The position numbers and the translations under genes are program-made. Below, piece by piece: positions 23,601 through 35,973 of a DNA stretch of 64,000 nucleotides. Position 1 is the first letter of the stretch, and each line of letters starts with the position of its first letter. The notes under the pieces were generated by a model. It did no database searches, was not told the DNA's origin, and was given only the letters and a program-made list of their open reading frames with translations. Source of the DNA: Parvibaculum sp. (GTDB lineage: Bacteria > Pseudomonadota > Alphaproteobacteria > Parvibaculales > Parvibaculaceae); NCBI GenBank assembly GCA_002695905.1, contig NZQM01000204.1:830-64829 (forward strand). Reading direction: 5' to 3'.

Positions 23601-23647
23601 AAAAATAATAATAAAAAGGGGATCGACAAACGGCGTCAACCCCCTTT
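23601..23647 (-). terminator. Intrinsic terminator downstream of ftsZ
   Basis: On the minus strand: AAAGGGGGUUGACG-ccguu-UGUCGAUCCCCUUU (14-bp stem including G-U pairs) followed by UUAUUAUUAUUUUU. Confidence 0.7.
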
Positions 23648-23670
23648 GTGTCAAGCCTTAGGCGAAGCTT

Positions 23671-25338
23671 TTAGTTTGCCTGACGCCGTAAGAAGGTTGG
23701 GATCTCCAATTGATCCTCCTCGAAAGACGATGCCACCATTCCGTCATCCGCTTTTGGCTGCGGGGCCGGTGCTTGCTGAGCAACTGGCGCTGCCGGTTGA
23801 GACTCAGCTACGGCCGCTTGTTGAGGTGCCTGCGGCGCTGGCCGGGCCGGTGCCGCAATAGTCTGAGCAGGCTGAACGGCCTCACGCGGCACAACCGGCG
23901 CGTGACGTGTCTCAGGCGCAGCTTTAGATCGCCCCGTCAGCCGCTCAAACAAGGACGGCCCACGTGCAGGCACAGCTTGCCTGGTAACAGGCTCCGGACG
24001 GGCGCCGAGGAATGACGGCAACTCGCTTGATCGGGCCTCTACCCGGTTGAGACCAGCCGGAATGAAAGGCCGGTTCGGTTCGGCATCAGCAGATAGACTT
24101 GCCTGAGCTGGTTCTGGTTTGGTAACTGGCTCCTGTTTGGGGATAACGACCTCAGCCTCATAGGCCGCTGGGTCGAAATCTGCTGGCAGGGGCGTTTCAA
24201 GAGCGAGTTCAGCTTCTGCCTGAACAGGTGCAGGCTCTTGCACGTCAACCTGCCGCGCTTCAGCTACTGCATCACCAGTTTGAGGTTCCTCAGAAATCTC
24301 TTCAGCTGACATCCGACGTCCAGGGCGCAGCATGGTGATTTTTTCAGTTTCCGGCACTGGCAGGTCAGCCTGCTCTACATCAATACCCGTCGCGACAACA
24401 GAAACCCGCATGCTGCCATCCAGGGATGAGTCAAATGTGGACCCAACAATGATGTTCGCGTCTGGGTCAACTTCAGACCGGATCCGATTTGCAGCTTCAT
24501 CAACCTCATAAAGGGTAAGGTCCATGCCACCGGTAATGTTAATGAGAACGCCACGGGCGCCTTTCATCGACACTTCATCAAGCAATGGGTTTGAGATGGC
24601 AGCTTCAGCAGCCTCCACGGCCCGCTTCTCACCTTCTGCTTCGCCCGTGCCCATCATGGCTTTGCCCATTTCGTTCATCACAGTGCGAACATCAGCAAAG
24701 TCGAGATTGATCAAACCTGGCTTGACCATGAGGTCGGTAATCCCGGCTACGCCGGAATGCAGAACCTCATCAGCCATGGAGAAGGCTTCCGCGAAGGTCG
24801 TTCTCTCATTGGCAATACGGAACAAGTTCTGGTTCGGGATAATGATCAGCGTATCAACGAACTGAGAAAGCTCTTTGATACCTTCTTCAGCGAGCCGCGC
24901 CCGCCGCGCACCTTCAAACTGGAAGGGCTTTGTCACCACACCGACGGTCAGAATGCCTTTCTCACGCGCCGTTCGGGCAATCACCGGCGCACCGCCTGTC
25001 CCGGTGCCACCGCCCATGCCGGCAGTAATAAAGACCATATGACTATCTTCAAGGCTCTCGGAAATCTCCCCAAGAGCTTCTTCAGCAGCAGCACACCCTA
25101 CTTCTGGGCGCGAGCCTGCGCCAAGACCTTGGGTAATTGCCGCGCCGAGTTGAATGCGCCGTTCGGCCGAAGACATGGTGAGTGATTGCGCGTCCGTATT
25201 CGCCACAACAAACTCAACGCCTTCGAGTCCGGAATCGATCATATTATTGACCGCATTGCCGCCAGCACCGCCGACGCCAAATACAGTAATGCGCGGTTTC
25301 AGTTCAGTTGCCTGTGGAACCGTCAGATTGATGCTCAT
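23671..25338 (-). CDS. ftsZ: Cell division GTPase FtsZ with a long Pro/Gln/Ala-rich C-terminal linker
   Basis: [26 protein letters not shown], and the C-terminal peptide [15 protein letters not shown]. Strong GGAGG Shine-Dalgarno. Confidence 0.97.
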   Translation of the reverse strand: MSINLTVPQATELKPRITVFGVGGAGGNAVNNMIDSGLEGVEFVVANTDAQSLTMSSAERRIQLGAAITQGLGAGSRPEVGCAAAEEALGEISESLEDSHMVFITAGMGGGTGTGGAPVIARTAREKGILTVGVVTKPFQFEGARRARLAEEGIKELSQFVDTLIIIPNQNLFRIANERTTFAEAFSMADEVLHSGVAGITDLMVKPGLINLDFADVRTVMNEMGKAMMGTGEAEGEKRAVEAAEAAISNPLLDEVSMKGARGVLINITGGMDLTLYEVDEAANRIRSEVDPDANIIVGSTFDSSLDGSMRVSVVATGIDVEQADLPVPETEKITMLRPGRRMSAEEISEEPQTGDAVAEARQVDVQEPAPVQAEAELALETPLPADFDPAAYEAEVVIPKQEPVTKPEPAQASLSADAEPNRPFIPAGLNRVEARSSELPSFLGARPEPVTRQAVPARGPSLFERLTGRSKAAPETRHAPVVPREAVQPAQTIAAPARPAPQAPQQAAVAESQPAAPVAQQAPAPQPKADDGMVASSFEEDQLEIPTFLRRQAN

Positions 25339-25539
25339 GTAAGCCTCCTAGGAGCAAATCGTGGGTCGTAATCGAGGTCGAAGAAACAGGCTTACTCCTG
25401 GCCCATTTCTGTTGGAGCGGAATGCTCCGGTGAGCGCACTGGTCAATTGCCGCATCTTCCAGCACACCGATGATCGACCTCGCCGTCAAAGTCGGCTTAA
25501 ACAACACAAAACCTGCATGCGTGTCGCCAAGCCCGATCA

Positions 25540-26844
25540 TCAAAAATTCTCCTTCAACCACCGTCCAATGCGCCGCCATTGACCAGAGTTTTCAGGAACG
25601 TCCAAAGCCGGATCCGAATTAATCGTGAGTGGAGCCAACTGTGAATAGGATGCAAGGCCCGCGGCGGCGGAGAATGCCGGTCCACCCGTTGCCTCTGCCA
25701 AGCCCATATATCGAACAGGTTGTCCGACACGGACCTTTTTATTGAGAATGCGCGCTGTGTGCTCGCGGGCGCCACTGAGCTGGGCGCCGCCGCCAGTGAG
25801 AACAACCCGCTGACCCGCCACGCGATCAAAGCCGCTTTTGGTCAGGCGATCCCTCACTAGCTCCAGCGTCTCTTCAAGGCGGGGCTGGATAATACCTGTC
25901 AAAATAGATCTCGGGATGTGATTGGCCGATGAGTGATCTGTTTCGCCCACCTGTGGCACGTCGATCAGTTCCCGTTCATCCGACGGGCTCGCAAGCGCTG
26001 AGCCATAAAGCGTCTTCATACGTTCTGCGTACGCAATCGGTGTCGAAAGACCCCGTGCAATATCATTCGTAATATGCTGACCGCCAACAGGCACCGCGTC
26101 GCAATAGACCATCTGGCCCTCAAAAAAGACCGCCAGCGATGTCGTCCCGCCACCCATATCGATCACGGTAACGCCGAGATCCATCTCATCTTCTACGAGC
26201 GCTGCAAGGCCACTCGCATAGGGAGCGGCAACCATGCCGGCCACGTTCAAATGGCATCGTTGGATGCAAAGTTCGAGATTGCGGACAGGTCCGTGCTGAA
26301 CGCTGACCATATGGAGTTCAACGCCGGCCTTTTCGCCGAACATGCCGCGTGGATCGCGAATACCGCGATTGTCATCAACCGAATAATTGATCGGAATGGC
26401 ATGCAAAACATCTCGGCCTTCCGGCATGTATTTGCCCTGACCGAACGCCACAAGGCGCGTCAAGTCGTCGTCCTGCACTTCACGAGAAGGGATTGGCGCT
26501 TGCACAGCAATGGTCTGGCTTTTGGGCTCACCACAGGCAACGGTCACGAGGACTTCCCGCACCGTGGCACCCGCCATACGCTCCGCTGCGTCAACCGCAA
26601 CGCGAATCGCTTCTTCGGCTGCATCCATATCGACAATGGCACCACCGCGCACACCGCGGGACACCTGATGACCAATCCCGATGATCCGCATCGGCGAAAG
26701 GCCGTTGGCAAGCTTGCCGGGCTCAATCTTCGCGATGAAGCAGGCAATCTTGTTTGACCCGACATCAAGAGCAGCAACAATCCCAGGCCGTCCGGCACTG
26801 ATGGGCTTGCCTTGCAATCCTTTTGCTCCAAGCCCCATATTCAT
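25540..26844 (-). CDS. ftsA: Cell division protein FtsA
   Basis: Actin-fold motifs (ALDVGSNKIACFIA, VIDMGGGTTSLAVF). ATGA overlap with the ftsQ stop. Confidence 0.95.
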   Translation of the reverse strand: MNMGLGAKGLQGKPISAGRPGIVAALDVGSNKIACFIAKIEPGKLANGLSPMRIIGIGHQVSRGVRGGAIVDMDAAEEAIRVAVDAAERMAGATVREVLVTVACGEPKSQTIAVQAPIPSREVQDDDLTRLVAFGQGKYMPEGRDVLHAIPINYSVDDNRGIRDPRGMFGEKAGVELHMVSVQHGPVRNLELCIQRCHLNVAGMVAAPYASGLAALVEDEMDLGVTVIDMGGGTTSLAVFFEGQMVYCDAVPVGGQHITNDIARGLSTPIAYAERMKTLYGSALASPSDERELIDVPQVGETDHSSANHIPRSILTGIIQPRLEETLELVRDRLTKSGFDRVAGQRVVLTGGGAQLSGAREHTARILNKKVRVGQPVRYMGLAEATGGPAFSAAAGLASYSQLAPLTINSDPALDVPENSGQWRRIGRWLKENF

Positions 26845-27866
26845 GTGTCATCCCCTTGCAAGGGACGACCCCAACCTTGGACAACCGCATCGCGCCGTGC
26901 CGCCGCATCGGGGCTCAAACGAACGGTAAACCGGTCCGGCAGACGCACATCAATCGCTTCAATGTCGCGCGCCAGCACCCGCTGGGCTTCGTCAATCGCA
27001 ACCAGTTCAGCGAGCGCTTCACTCACACCAACTTCCGGTAGCAAAACATCAACACCATTTTCCAGACGCAGGTTCCAGCGACGGTCTCCGACCCGCACAT
27101 AGGCGCGCACCCGGGCCTGAAGCTCCGGCCAAGCCGCAACCACCTGTGTGAAACCCTCTGCTTCACGCGCAGCACCATGCCCAACAACCAAAGGAAGATG
27201 GCCGTAGCCCTCAACGCCATCTTCTGTGATAGGGCGCCCCTGCGCATCAATCACCGCCAGACGTCCACCTCGCTGCCAAACAGCAAATGGACGACGCTCC
27301 ACAAGTTCTACATGCACCCGGTCCGGTAAAATCCGCGTCACCGTTGCATCTGCAATCCAGTCAAGGCGCATCAGATTTTCCCGCGCACTCTCAAGATCGA
27401 CAGTGAAGATGACCTGGCCTTGCTCGACCTCAAGTGCCTTGAGGACATCCGCCCTCGTGGTCCGCTCACGACCGGCAACCGTCACCTCGTCAACACCAAA
27501 TCCTACCCAGGCAACCGATGCGGTGGCCTGATCCGCGACATAGCTGCCAGCCGCTGCGATATGCCCGCCCACAGCCAGACCATAGAGAGCCGCCGCACCG
27601 ACAAACCCCGCACTTGCAACACCCACAAGAGATTTAGGCAATCGACCCTCGCGGATAGCTTCAATCGTGCGCGAAAGTCGGCTCGGGGGCCGCTGTCCCC
27701 GTCGACCAAATGATTTTCCGGATTTGGCTCGGCGCCGCCCCGGTGCAACAGTGCTGGTACGCCCTGTGGTCTTCGCACCGCGCCCCGAAGCAGATCTAGA
27801 ACCGGTCGCAGAACGGCGCGACGCAGCTTTGCGCGCAGGCCTTTTCTGTTCCTTTACCGATCGCAT
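26841..27866 (-). CDS. ftsQ: Cell division protein FtsQ with an Arg/Ser-rich cytoplasmic tail
   Basis: POTRA/FtsQ body after one TM helix. I chose the ATG at 27866 (GGAGG 8 nt upstream); the listed ORF opens at TTG 27887. Confidence 0.85.
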   Translation of the reverse strand: MRSVKEQKRPARKAASRRSATGSRSASGRGAKTTGRTSTVAPGRRRAKSGKSFGRRGQRPPSRLSRTIEAIREGRLPKSLVGVASAGFVGAAALYGLAVGGHIAAAGSYVADQATASVAWVGFGVDEVTVAGRERTTRADVLKALEVEQGQVIFTVDLESARENLMRLDWIADATVTRILPDRVHVELVERRPFAVWQRGGRLAVIDAQGRPITEDGVEGYGHLPLVVGHGAAREAEGFTQVVAAWPELQARVRAYVRVGDRRWNLRLENGVDVLLPEVGVSEALAELVAIDEAQRVLARDIEAIDVRLPDRFTVRLSPDAAARRDAVVQGWGRPLQGDDT

Positions 27867-28771
27867 GACGCATCCTCCACCATCCAACGGACAAGCGCGC
27901 CATATGACATTCCTTCATACGCCGCGAGTTCGGGAACCAACGACGTCGGCGTCATGCCGGGCTGCGTATTGACCTCTAACAGAACGAGCTCCCCTTTCTT
28001 TTCATCGAAACGGAAATCCGACCTGGTTACCCCCCGGCAACCAAGCGAATCATGTGCCGCATGTGTCACGTCCTGAACACGTTTATTTATATCCGAACTG
28101 ATTCGGGCAGGCACTACGTGAACCGAGCCACCACTCGAATATTTTGCGTCATAGTCGTAGAAAGCTGTGTTTGCTGTGATCTCTGTGACATTTAAGACTC
28201 GGTTTCCGATCACTGCGCAGGTGAGTTCCATACCCGGTATGTAGCGCTCCGCCATCACCAAATCACCAAGGTCCCATTTCGGCGAAGAGAGTTCTGCGGG
28301 TGGTCGGTTTTCACCTTCGCGAACGATAAAAACACCCACACTTGAGCCCTGGTTATGCGGCTTAATCACATAGGGTGTATCCATGACATGGCCTCGAGCC
28401 GCTTCTTCCCGCGTCACAAGCTTGCTCTCAGCGACGGGGAGTCCAGCCGCCCGAAACACGTGCTTCGATTGTTCCTTGTCCATGGCGACGGCTGACGCGC
28501 GGACACCCGAATGGGTGTAGGGAATGCCAAGCACTTCCAGGAGTCCCTGAACGCACCCATCCTCGCCCCAGCGACCATGCAGGGCGTTGAAAACAGCGTC
28601 CGGCTTTATTTGGAGCAACTGCTCCGCCAGATCCCGGCCAGCATCAATCTCAGTGACCTCAAACCCTTCTCCGCGCAGGGCTTTAGCACAATCACGACCG
28701 GACACGAGGCTCACTTCTCGCTCTGGCGACCAGCCGCCCTTAACAACGGCGATGTGTTTGTAGCCGCTCAC
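27854..28771 (-). CDS. ddl: D-alanine--D-alanine ligase
   Basis: [21 protein letters not shown] and ATP-grasp motifs. The GTG at 28771 (GAGG upstream) overlaps the murB stop (GTGA). The listed ORF opens at TTG 28816. Confidence 0.9.
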   Translation of the reverse strand: MSGYKHIAVVKGGWSPEREVSLVSGRDCAKALRGEGFEVTEIDAGRDLAEQLLQIKPDAVFNALHGRWGEDGCVQGLLEVLGIPYTHSGVRASAVAMDKEQSKHVFRAAGLPVAESKLVTREEAARGHVMDTPYVIKPHNQGSSVGVFIVREGENRPPAELSSPKWDLGDLVMAERYIPGMELTCAVIGNRVLNVTEITANTAFYDYDAKYSSGGSVHVVPARISSDINKRVQDVTHAAHDSLGCRGVTRSDFRFDEKKGELVLLEVNTQPGMTPTSLVPELAAYEGMSYGALVRWMVEDASCDR

Positions 28772-29697
28772 GAAGACACCTCGTCCCGTGTCATGCCAAT
28801 ACGCCTGATTTCCCAATCAAGCGTGACCCCACTTGTTTCTTTAACCCGCCTACGTACTTCCTCGCCCAGCTCTTCAATATCGGCGGCAGTTGCGTCACCT
28901 GTATTGATGAGAAAGTTACAGTGTTTCTCACTCACCTGAGCACCGCCCCGCGTGAGACCACGACATCCAGCCGCATCGATCAGTTGCCAGCTCTTGTGTC
29001 CTTCAGGGTTTTTGAAAGTCGATCCGCCCGTACGTGTTCGGATCGGCTGGCTTGTCTCGCGGCGCTCGGTAATCTCATTCATCCGGCGCTCGATCTCCGA
29101 CTTGTCACCAGCAGCGCCTTGAAAAAGTGCACTTGTAAAATAGACATCTGCCGGCGCACTTGAGTGACGATAGCTGTAGCCCATGTCAGCAAGCGAATAG
29201 GTGACCCGCTCACCGGCGCGCGTCACGCCTTCTGCTTCGATGAGCACATCCATTGTTTCTTTTTCGTATGCGCCACCATTCATACGAAGCGCACCACCAA
29301 TCGAGCCTGGAATACCGCGAAAAAACTCCAGCCCCGCGATACCGGCTTCCATGGCCGACCGCGCGACAGCCATATCAAGCGCTGCAGTCCCTGCACGCAC
29401 CCGATGATTACTCAAAATCTCAATACCCATAAACGGTTTGCCCATCCGGATCACCACACCTGCGATGCCGCCGTCACGGACAAGAAGGTTGGACCCCACC
29501 CCCACAACCGTCATGGGAACCTCAGGCGGACAGGCCTTCAGGAAAGCCGCAAGATCGTCTGTGTCCACTGGCCGAAACAAAACTTCGGCAGGACCACCCA
29601 CGCGGAACCAGGTAAGGGGCGCCATGGGCGCATCCGGGATCAACTCACCGCGAACTTCCGGCAACCCATCAATGAGGTGATCGGCGACCATACTCAT
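28768..29697 (-). CDS. murB: UDP-N-acetylenolpyruvoylglucosamine reductase
   Basis: FAD-binding N-domain ([24 protein letters not shown]) and C-terminal GSTFKNP. Confidence 0.93.
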   Translation of the reverse strand: MSMVADHLIDGLPEVRGELIPDAPMAPLTWFRVGGPAEVLFRPVDTDDLAAFLKACPPEVPMTVVGVGSNLLVRDGGIAGVVIRMGKPFMGIEILSNHRVRAGTAALDMAVARSAMEAGIAGLEFFRGIPGSIGGALRMNGGAYEKETMDVLIEAEGVTRAGERVTYSLADMGYSYRHSSAPADVYFTSALFQGAAGDKSEIERRMNEITERRETSQPIRTRTGGSTFKNPEGHKSWQLIDAAGCRGLTRGGAQVSEKHCNFLINTGDATAADIEELGEEVRRRVKETSGVTLDWEIRRIGMTRDEVSS

Positions 29698-31109
29698 GCG
29701 CTCCCGTCCAGCTTCTCAAGATCCTGCGGCAGTGCATTTGCCCATTGGGTAATATTGCCTGCACCCAGGCACAAAACCATGTCGCCTGGCCGGGCCAGCT
29801 CCGCAATCACTCCAGGAAGCGCCTCCGCACTCTCCAAGGCGAGCGCATGCTTGTGCCCGCGCTCCTGAAGACCTTGCACCATGGTGTCACGATTAATGCC
29901 CTCGATCGGCTTTTCACCCGCTTCAAAAACCGGCGATACGATGACCGTGTCTGCATCATTGAAGCAGGAGCAGAACTCGTCAAAAAGATCCCGAAGGCGC
30001 GTGTAGCGATGCGGCTGAACCACTGCAATGATCCGGCCGTCACTGGCAGAGCGTGCAGCCTGCAACACAGCCGAAATCTCTACAGGGTGATGACCGTAAT
30101 CATCATAAATTTCCACGCCGTTCCACGAACCTGCATGGGAGAAGCGACGCTTCACACCACCAAAACCGGCAAGCCCCTTTGCAATGGCATCTGCCGACAA
30201 GCCCATCCTGTGCGCGACAGCCACCGCCGCAAGCGCATTGAGCATATTATGGTGCCCCGGCATCGCCAGACGCAGTCCATCAATGCTCGTAGTTTCTCCA
30301 GATTTCCTATCTGTGAGCGTCACATCAAAAACCGTAACCGCGCCATCCATACGAACATTGGACGCACGAACATCGGCCTGCGGGCTCGTGCCATATGTCA
30401 CCAGCGTTCGGTCGCTGACCCGCCCCATAAGGGCCTGCACTTCGGGGTGGTCGATGCAAAGAACCGCAAGGCCATAAAACGGCACATTCTCAATGAAGCG
30501 AACGAACGCCTCACGAACGCCATCGAAGCTGCCATAGTGATCGAGATGTTCAGGATCAATATTGGTGACCACAGCAATGGTGGAGGGAAGCTTCGTGAAG
30601 GTACCGTCGCTCTCATCGGCTTCGACAACCATCCATTCACCCGCACCCAGTCGTGCGTTCGTGCCATAGGCATTGATGATCCCGCCATTGATCACAGTCG
30701 GGTCGATGTCGCCCGCATCAAGAAGGGCCGCAACCAGCGACGTCGTTGTCGTCTTCCCGTGGGTCCCGCCAATGGCAACACAAGACTTAAGCCGCATCAG
30801 CTCCGCGAGCATTTCAGCACGGCGCACAACCGGCAACATACGAGCCCGAGCTTCAACAAGCTCTGGGTTGTCTGCTTTGATGGCAGAGGACACAACCAGC
30901 ACCTGAGCATCGCCCAGATTTTCCGCCACCTGCCCCACCATGACCTTTATACCAAGGTCGCGGAGCCGCTTCACGTTTGCATTCTCGGCAGCGTCCGATC
31001 CCTGCACCGAATAGCCAAGATTATGCATGACTTCGGCAATGCCACTCATGCCGATGCCGCCAATGCCGACAAAATGGATCACACCCATATCAAGCGGGGC
31101 TGGTCTCAT
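29694..31109 (-). CDS. murC: UDP-N-acetylmuramate--L-alanine ligase
   Basis: [16 protein letters not shown] and the Mur ligase P-loop GTHGKTTTT. Confidence 0.95.
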   Translation of the reverse strand: MRPAPLDMGVIHFVGIGGIGMSGIAEVMHNLGYSVQGSDAAENANVKRLRDLGIKVMVGQVAENLGDAQVLVVSSAIKADNPELVEARARMLPVVRRAEMLAELMRLKSCVAIGGTHGKTTTTSLVAALLDAGDIDPTVINGGIINAYGTNARLGAGEWMVVEADESDGTFTKLPSTIAVVTNIDPEHLDHYGSFDGVREAFVRFIENVPFYGLAVLCIDHPEVQALMGRVSDRTLVTYGTSPQADVRASNVRMDGAVTVFDVTLTDRKSGETTSIDGLRLAMPGHHNMLNALAAVAVAHRMGLSADAIAKGLAGFGGVKRRFSHAGSWNGVEIYDDYGHHPVEISAVLQAARSASDGRIIAVVQPHRYTRLRDLFDEFCSCFNDADTVIVSPVFEAGEKPIEGINRDTMVQGLQERGHKHALALESAEALPGVIAELARPGDMVLCLGAGNITQWANALPQDLEKLDGSA

Positions 31110-32314
31110 TGGTTTTTCTCCCGGGGTGCGTTCATTCCCCCAGACCCCTCTTGAGAGGCCGAAAGATATTGTTGAGTAGCGGGGGACGGCAGGCTGCCTG
31201 TTTTTTTGCGCGCCACGCGCTCAACAAGATCTGCGAGCGACTGAACGGCACGCGGCTTGCCTTCTGCCTTTGCAGCAGCAGCCATGCCCGACAACTTATT
31301 ACCGTCCGAAAACAAAGAAGACAACGTCTCCGCAAGCCGTTCTGGCGTAAAGCCATCCTGCTCCATCATGATAGAGGCGCCCGCGTTCGAGAGAATTTCC
31401 GCATTGGCCTTCTGATCCTGATCAAGGGAGTGCGGAAGCGGCACAAGAATGGACGGACGACCAATCACAGCAAGCTCGCTCACCGTCGATGCACCTGCCC
31501 GTCCAATCACCAAATGGGATCTGGCAATCACTTTTGGCATGTCATCGAAAAACGCGGAAAGCTTCGCTGAAATATCTGCGTTCGCATAGGCTTGCCTCAC
31601 ACGTCCCAAATCTTCTCCACGGCATTGCTGCGTCACATCAAAACGCGCACGCAACTCCGCCGGAAGCGCCGTCAACGCATCGGGCACAATGTCACTCATG
31701 ACACGGGCACCTTGACTACCGCCAAAAACCAGAAGGCGAATAGGTCCACTCCCAATACCTTCAAACGGCACATTGGCCTGTGCCAGCACAGCGTCTCGCA
31801 CCGGATTGCCGGTCACATGCAGTTTCGGCAAGGCGCGAGGTTTCAAATATTTCGGCGCCGGGAAAGTCGATGCAATCGCGTGCACAAATGGCGCAACAGC
31901 TTTGTTGACACGCCCCAGAACCGCATTTTGCTCATGAACAATCGTGGGGATGCGGCGCAGAATGGCCGCAAGCATGGGCGGCATGGTGGGATAGCCCCCA
32001 AAACCCACAACAACTGAAGGCTTGGCCCGCCCCATAACCGCCAAAGACTGACTTGTGCCACTCACGATTTTTGCTACCGCTGAAAGAATACCGGCGAGCC
32101 CTGGTCCAGAAAAAGTCGCTGAGGGAACAGAGAATATATCCGCTCCTGGAAACAGGCGGTCAAAATGTTGCACGCGCTCATCAGTAATGAGCACAATTGA
32201 ATGCCCGCGCCGCTTGAGCTCTTGTGCCAGCGCCTGTCCCGGAAACAAATGCCCACCCGTGCCACCAGCAGCAATCATGACAGGCCCTGCCAGAACAGGT
32301 GAGATACCACTCAT
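31106..32314 (-). CDS. murG: Lipid II-forming UDP-GlcNAc transferase
   Basis: [12 protein letters not shown]. The ATG at 32314 has GGAGG upstream and overlaps the ftsW stop (ATGA). An alternative ATG is at 32329. Confidence 0.93.
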   Translation of the reverse strand: MSGISPVLAGPVMIAAGGTGGHLFPGQALAQELKRRGHSIVLITDERVQHFDRLFPGADIFSVPSATFSGPGLAGILSAVAKIVSGTSQSLAVMGRAKPSVVVGFGGYPTMPPMLAAILRRIPTIVHEQNAVLGRVNKAVAPFVHAIASTFPAPKYLKPRALPKLHVTGNPVRDAVLAQANVPFEGIGSGPIRLLVFGGSQGARVMSDIVPDALTALPAELRARFDVTQQCRGEDLGRVRQAYANADISAKLSAFFDDMPKVIARSHLVIGRAGASTVSELAVIGRPSILVPLPHSLDQDQKANAEILSNAGASIMMEQDGFTPERLAETLSSLFSDGNKLSGMAAAAKAEGKPRAVQSLADLVERVARKKTGSLPSPATQQYLSASQEGSGGMNAPREKNQ

Positions 32315-33456
32315 GCGTGGGCCCTCCATTCGGCTGGCTGAGCTCCGGCATGCACCCGTCGACGGGTGAGCGAAAGCAGCATGCCTGTCGCAACGGCAAG
32401 AGCCAGAAGGGACGAGCCACCATAGGAGATAAAGGGAAGCGTCATGCCTTTGGCTGGCATGAGGTTCAGATTAACCGCCAGATTGATCAGCGCCTGCGTG
32501 CCAATCAACAGGGTAAGCCCTGAGACGGCGAGCTGTACAAAGAGGTCGGTTTCATCAAGGGCGCGGAGGAGCGTGCGAATAACGATAAAGCTGAAAAGCC
32601 CGATGATGAGAATGCCAGCGAGCACACCAAACTCTTCCGCTGCCACCGCGAAGATGAAGTCTGTATGCGCGTCCGGCAGGATGAGCTTTACCGCACCCTC
32701 ACCCGGGCCCCGTCCGAAAAAGCCGCCAGCCCGCACTGCCTCCATAGCCCGATCAATCTGATAAGTATCACCTGATGCGGGATCCATAAAACGGTCCACC
32801 CGGCTCGCCACGTGCGGAACCAATTGGTAGGCAGCGACCGCCCCGCCGAGCCCGACTGCACCGAGGCCAATAATCCAGAACCAGGAGATACCGATCATGA
32901 ACAGGAGGCCACCGAATACCAGCGTGACAAGTGTTGCCTGGCCAAAATCCGGTTGAAATACCAGAAGGCCGATAAAGAGCGCATAAAGCACAAAGGCCAG
33001 AGACATGCCCGGCACGGCTTTGGAGCGCGCACCCTCCGCAAACATCCAGGCGACCAGAACAACAAAAGCTGGCTTTACAAATTCAGAGGGCTGCAGCGAA
33101 AACCGGCCGAGTGGCAGCCAGCGGGTCGCCCCCTTGATTTCCGGTCCCATTAGCAGGGTCGCCACCATCAGCAGCAACCCGCCGAAAAAGACAACAACCG
33201 CCAAACGCCTTACCTGTCGGGTCGTGAAGAAGGAAATGCCGAATATCACAATGAAAGCAGGAACCAGAAAAACCGCTTGGCGGTAGACAAAATGAAAGGA
33301 ATTGAGAGACAGGCGGTTCGCCACAGCTGGGCTTGCCGCCAGCGTCAGGATAATACCAAGCGCGACAAGCGCCAAGATCGCAACGACTGTCCATCGGTCG
33401 ATGGTCCACCACCACTCGGACAGAACAGATCGGTTCGCGCGGGAAAGACGGATCAT
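32311..33456 (-). CDS. ftsW: SEDS-family peptidoglycan polymerase/cell division protein FtsW
   Basis: About ten TM helices, with the motifs LQPSEFVKP and PAKGMTLPFISYGGSS. Confidence 0.93.
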   Translation of the reverse strand: MIRLSRANRSVLSEWWWTIDRWTVVAILALVALGIILTLAASPAVANRLSLNSFHFVYRQAVFLVPAFIVIFGISFFTTRQVRRLAVVVFFGGLLLMVATLLMGPEIKGATRWLPLGRFSLQPSEFVKPAFVVLVAWMFAEGARSKAVPGMSLAFVLYALFIGLLVFQPDFGQATLVTLVFGGLLFMIGISWFWIIGLGAVGLGGAVAAYQLVPHVASRVDRFMDPASGDTYQIDRAMEAVRAGGFFGRGPGEGAVKLILPDAHTDFIFAVAAEEFGVLAGILIIGLFSFIVIRTLLRALDETDLFVQLAVSGLTLLIGTQALINLAVNLNLMPAKGMTLPFISYGGSSLLALAVATGMLLSLTRRRVHAGAQPAEWRAHA

Positions 33457-34874
33457 GCAGCTTCCCCTCCATTGCCAATAGCCTTGAGGGCAGCGTGCAC
33501 CATCTCGCGAAACGCATCACCGCGCACCTCGAAATTTTTAAACTGGTCAAAAGATGCACAGGCTGGAGAAAGAAGAACGACACCGCGACGACCGTCACGC
33601 GAGGCGCTCATGGCGTCGCGCACGGCGGCGGCAACCGCTGCGTCAAGAGTATCTGCGGCGACATATTGCACCTGCCCCTCCAACGAAGCACCAAACGCCT
33701 CCGTCGCTTCGCCGATCAGATAAGCCTTTTCGATCCGCGGAAAAAGCGGGGACAGGGAGTTGATCCCGCCCTCTTTCGGAACACCACCCGCGATCCAATA
33801 GATAGAGTCATAAGCGCCAAGTGCTTTACCAGCGGCCTCCGCATTGGTCGCCTTGCTGTCATTGACAAACAAGACGCCACTTGAGTCCGCAACAATTTCC
33901 ATACGATGAGCAAGACCTGGAAAAGATCGGAAAGAATGCAGAATACGATCAGCAGGGAAACCCAATGAGCGCCCAGCCGCATATGCCGCTGCAGCATTTT
34001 GCCAATTGTGCAGGCCCGCTAACGTCTTCAGGTTTTTCAAATCACCGACACGGTCGGTTTTTCCCGATCCGCTGTCATAAAGAACACCGTCAAGGACGCA
34101 AACGCCGCGACTGAGAGACTTGTCCGTTGAAACAGGCACCAAAGCAACTGTGCCTTTACCGCAGACTGCAGAACAAATCTCGGATGTCAGGGCATCGTCG
34201 ATACCGATAATGGCAACGTCCGTTGGCTCCTGAAACCGGAACAGCCGCGCTTTGACAGCGGCGTAATGTTCAAGCGAACCGTGACGATCGATATGATCAG
34301 GGCTGATATTGAGAAGAACACCAACATCCGGACGCAGCGTCGGCGCCAGATCAATCTGGTAGGAAGAGACTTCGACGACATACACTGTATCAGACCGTGG
34401 CGGATCAAGATCAAAGACCGCCTTACCGATATTCCCGCCGACTTCCGCACGCCGCCCATTGGCAGCGACCATGTGTCCGATCAACGCGGTTGTGGTAGAT
34501 TTTCCATTCGTACCTGTAATCGCGACAATTTTTGCCTTTGGGTTGAGAGCACGAACCTCGTGCTGAAACAGCTCAACATCCCCGAGTACCGGCACGCCAG
34601 CACTCTGGGCAAGGCGCACAACCTGATGCGGTTCAGGATGGGTGAGAGGAATACCAGGAGCCAGGATTAGCGCTGCATATCCATCGAGTCCCCGATCACA
34701 AGGATCAGAAATAGAGAGACCAGCCACCTCAGCGTTTGCGCGTTGTGTCTCACCGTCATCCCAGACCGTCACCTGCGCCCCGCCTTCAACCAACGCGCGC
34801 GCCACCGCCAACCCGGACGCTCCGAGTCCATATACGGCGACCCTGCGGTCTTTATAGGCGCGTGCTGCGATCAC
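33453..34874 (-). CDS. murD: UDP-N-acetylmuramoyl-L-alanine--D-glutamate ligase
   Basis: Mur ligase P-loop GTNGKSTTT and gene order. The start codon is GTG. Confidence 0.93.
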   Translation of the reverse strand: MIAARAYKDRRVAVYGLGASGLAVARALVEGGAQVTVWDDGETQRANAEVAGLSISDPCDRGLDGYAALILAPGIPLTHPEPHQVVRLAQSAGVPVLGDVELFQHEVRALNPKAKIVAITGTNGKSTTTALIGHMVAANGRRAEVGGNIGKAVFDLDPPRSDTVYVVEVSSYQIDLAPTLRPDVGVLLNISPDHIDRHGSLEHYAAVKARLFRFQEPTDVAIIGIDDALTSEICSAVCGKGTVALVPVSTDKSLSRGVCVLDGVLYDSGSGKTDRVGDLKNLKTLAGLHNWQNAAAAYAAGRSLGFPADRILHSFRSFPGLAHRMEIVADSSGVLFVNDSKATNAEAAGKALGAYDSIYWIAGGVPKEGGINSLSPLFPRIEKAYLIGEATEAFGASLEGQVQYVAADTLDAAVAAAVRDAMSASRDGRRGVVLLSPACASFDQFKNFEVRGDAFREMVHAALKAIGNGGEAA

Positions 34875-34881
34875 TCTTAGG

Positions 34882-35970
34882 CTACCTCAGTTTCAGGGTG
34901 GCGAGACCGATCATCGCCAGGACACCAGAAATAATCCAAAAACGAATAACAATGGTGGGTTCCGCCCACCCCTTCTTCTCAAAATGATGGTGGAGAGGCG
35001 CCATACGGAAGACCCGCTTGCCGGTAAGCTTGAAGCTCGCGACCTGCACAATGACTGAGACAGCTTCGAGCACGAACAGACCGCCGATAATGACGAGGAC
35101 CAGCTCATGTTTGGCAACAACCGCAATCGATCCAAGCGCACCACCCAGAGCGAGCGAGCCTGTGTCCCCCATAAAGACGGAAGCAGGGGGTGCGTTGTAC
35201 CAGAGGAAGCCAAGACCGGCGCCAAGTAGCGCGCCGCAGAAAACCGCAAGCTCACCTGTGCCCGGCACAAAATGGATCTGCAGGTAATCCGAGAACACAG
35301 CGTTGCCGACGAGGTAAGAAATGAAGCCAAAGCTCGCAGCTGCAATCATCACAGGTACAATCGCCAAGCCATCAAGCCCATCTGTGAGGTTGACCGCGTT
35401 CGAGGCGCCCACGATCACCAAAACTCCAAAGATGAAGAAAAATCCGCCGAGGGGAATCAGGACATCTTTCAGAAACGGAACCGCGACAGATGTCGCGAGC
35501 TCCGGGGGCGCTACATTGAGCAATGCATAGACGGCGATACCCGCAATGATCGTTTCTAAGACCAGTTTCAAACGACCCGGCACACCGTCGCTCGATGCTT
35601 TGGATACTTTCAGATAATCGTCAGCAAAGCCGACCGCGCCAAACCCAAGCGTGACAAGCAGGACAATCCAAACATACGGATTGCTGAGATCGGCCCAGAG
35701 CAGAACCGACGGCACAAGGCCCAGCAAAATCAGAAAGCCACCCATGGTGGGTGTACCTTTTTTTGTGAGCAGGTGTCCTTCAGGACCATCCTCACGAATA
35801 GGCTGACCCTGAGCTTGTCGCGCCCGAAGAGCCCGAATGACTGCAGGCCCAAAAAGAAAAGAAACCAGAAGCGCTGTTACCGTCGCCCCTCCTGTTCGGA
35901 ACGTGATATAGCGAAACACATTCAGGCCTGGGACCTGATCAGCATATTGCACCAAAAAATCAAACAGCAT
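34882..35970 (-). CDS. mraY: Phospho-N-acetylmuramoyl-pentapeptide transferase
   Basis: [22 protein letters not shown] and HHHFE motifs. Confidence 0.95.
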   Translation of the reverse strand: MLFDFLVQYADQVPGLNVFRYITFRTGGATVTALLVSFLFGPAVIRALRARQAQGQPIREDGPEGHLLTKKGTPTMGGFLILLGLVPSVLLWADLSNPYVWIVLLVTLGFGAVGFADDYLKVSKASSDGVPGRLKLVLETIIAGIAVYALLNVAPPELATSVAVPFLKDVLIPLGGFFFIFGVLVIVGASNAVNLTDGLDGLAIVPVMIAAASFGFISYLVGNAVFSDYLQIHFVPGTGELAVFCGALLGAGLGFLWYNAPPASVFMGDTGSLALGGALGSIAVVAKHELVLVIIGGLFVLEAVSVIVQVASFKLTGKRVFRMAPLHHHFEKKGWAEPTIVIRFWIISGVLAMIGLATLKLR

Positions 35971-35973
35971 CTG

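Noticed and set aside
23671-24300. Repetitive Pro/Gln/Ala-rich DNA in the ftsZ 3' third, considered as a possible tandem-repeat element.
   Set aside because: It is the intrinsically disordered C-terminal linker typical of alphaproteobacterial FtsZ, ending in the conserved [15 protein letters not shown] peptide. I found no exact nucleotide repeat unit.
29745-31154. A 469-aa stop-free ORF on the + strand that covers all of murC in antisense.
   Set aside because: It is in the codon-aligned antisense frame (29745-29694 = 51, a multiple of 3). Its stops would require the sense codons TTA, CTA or TCA, which this genome avoids. The translation is Arg/His/Asn-rich with no recognisable motif, no Shine-Dalgarno and no independent intergenic space. 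murC itself is unambiguous.
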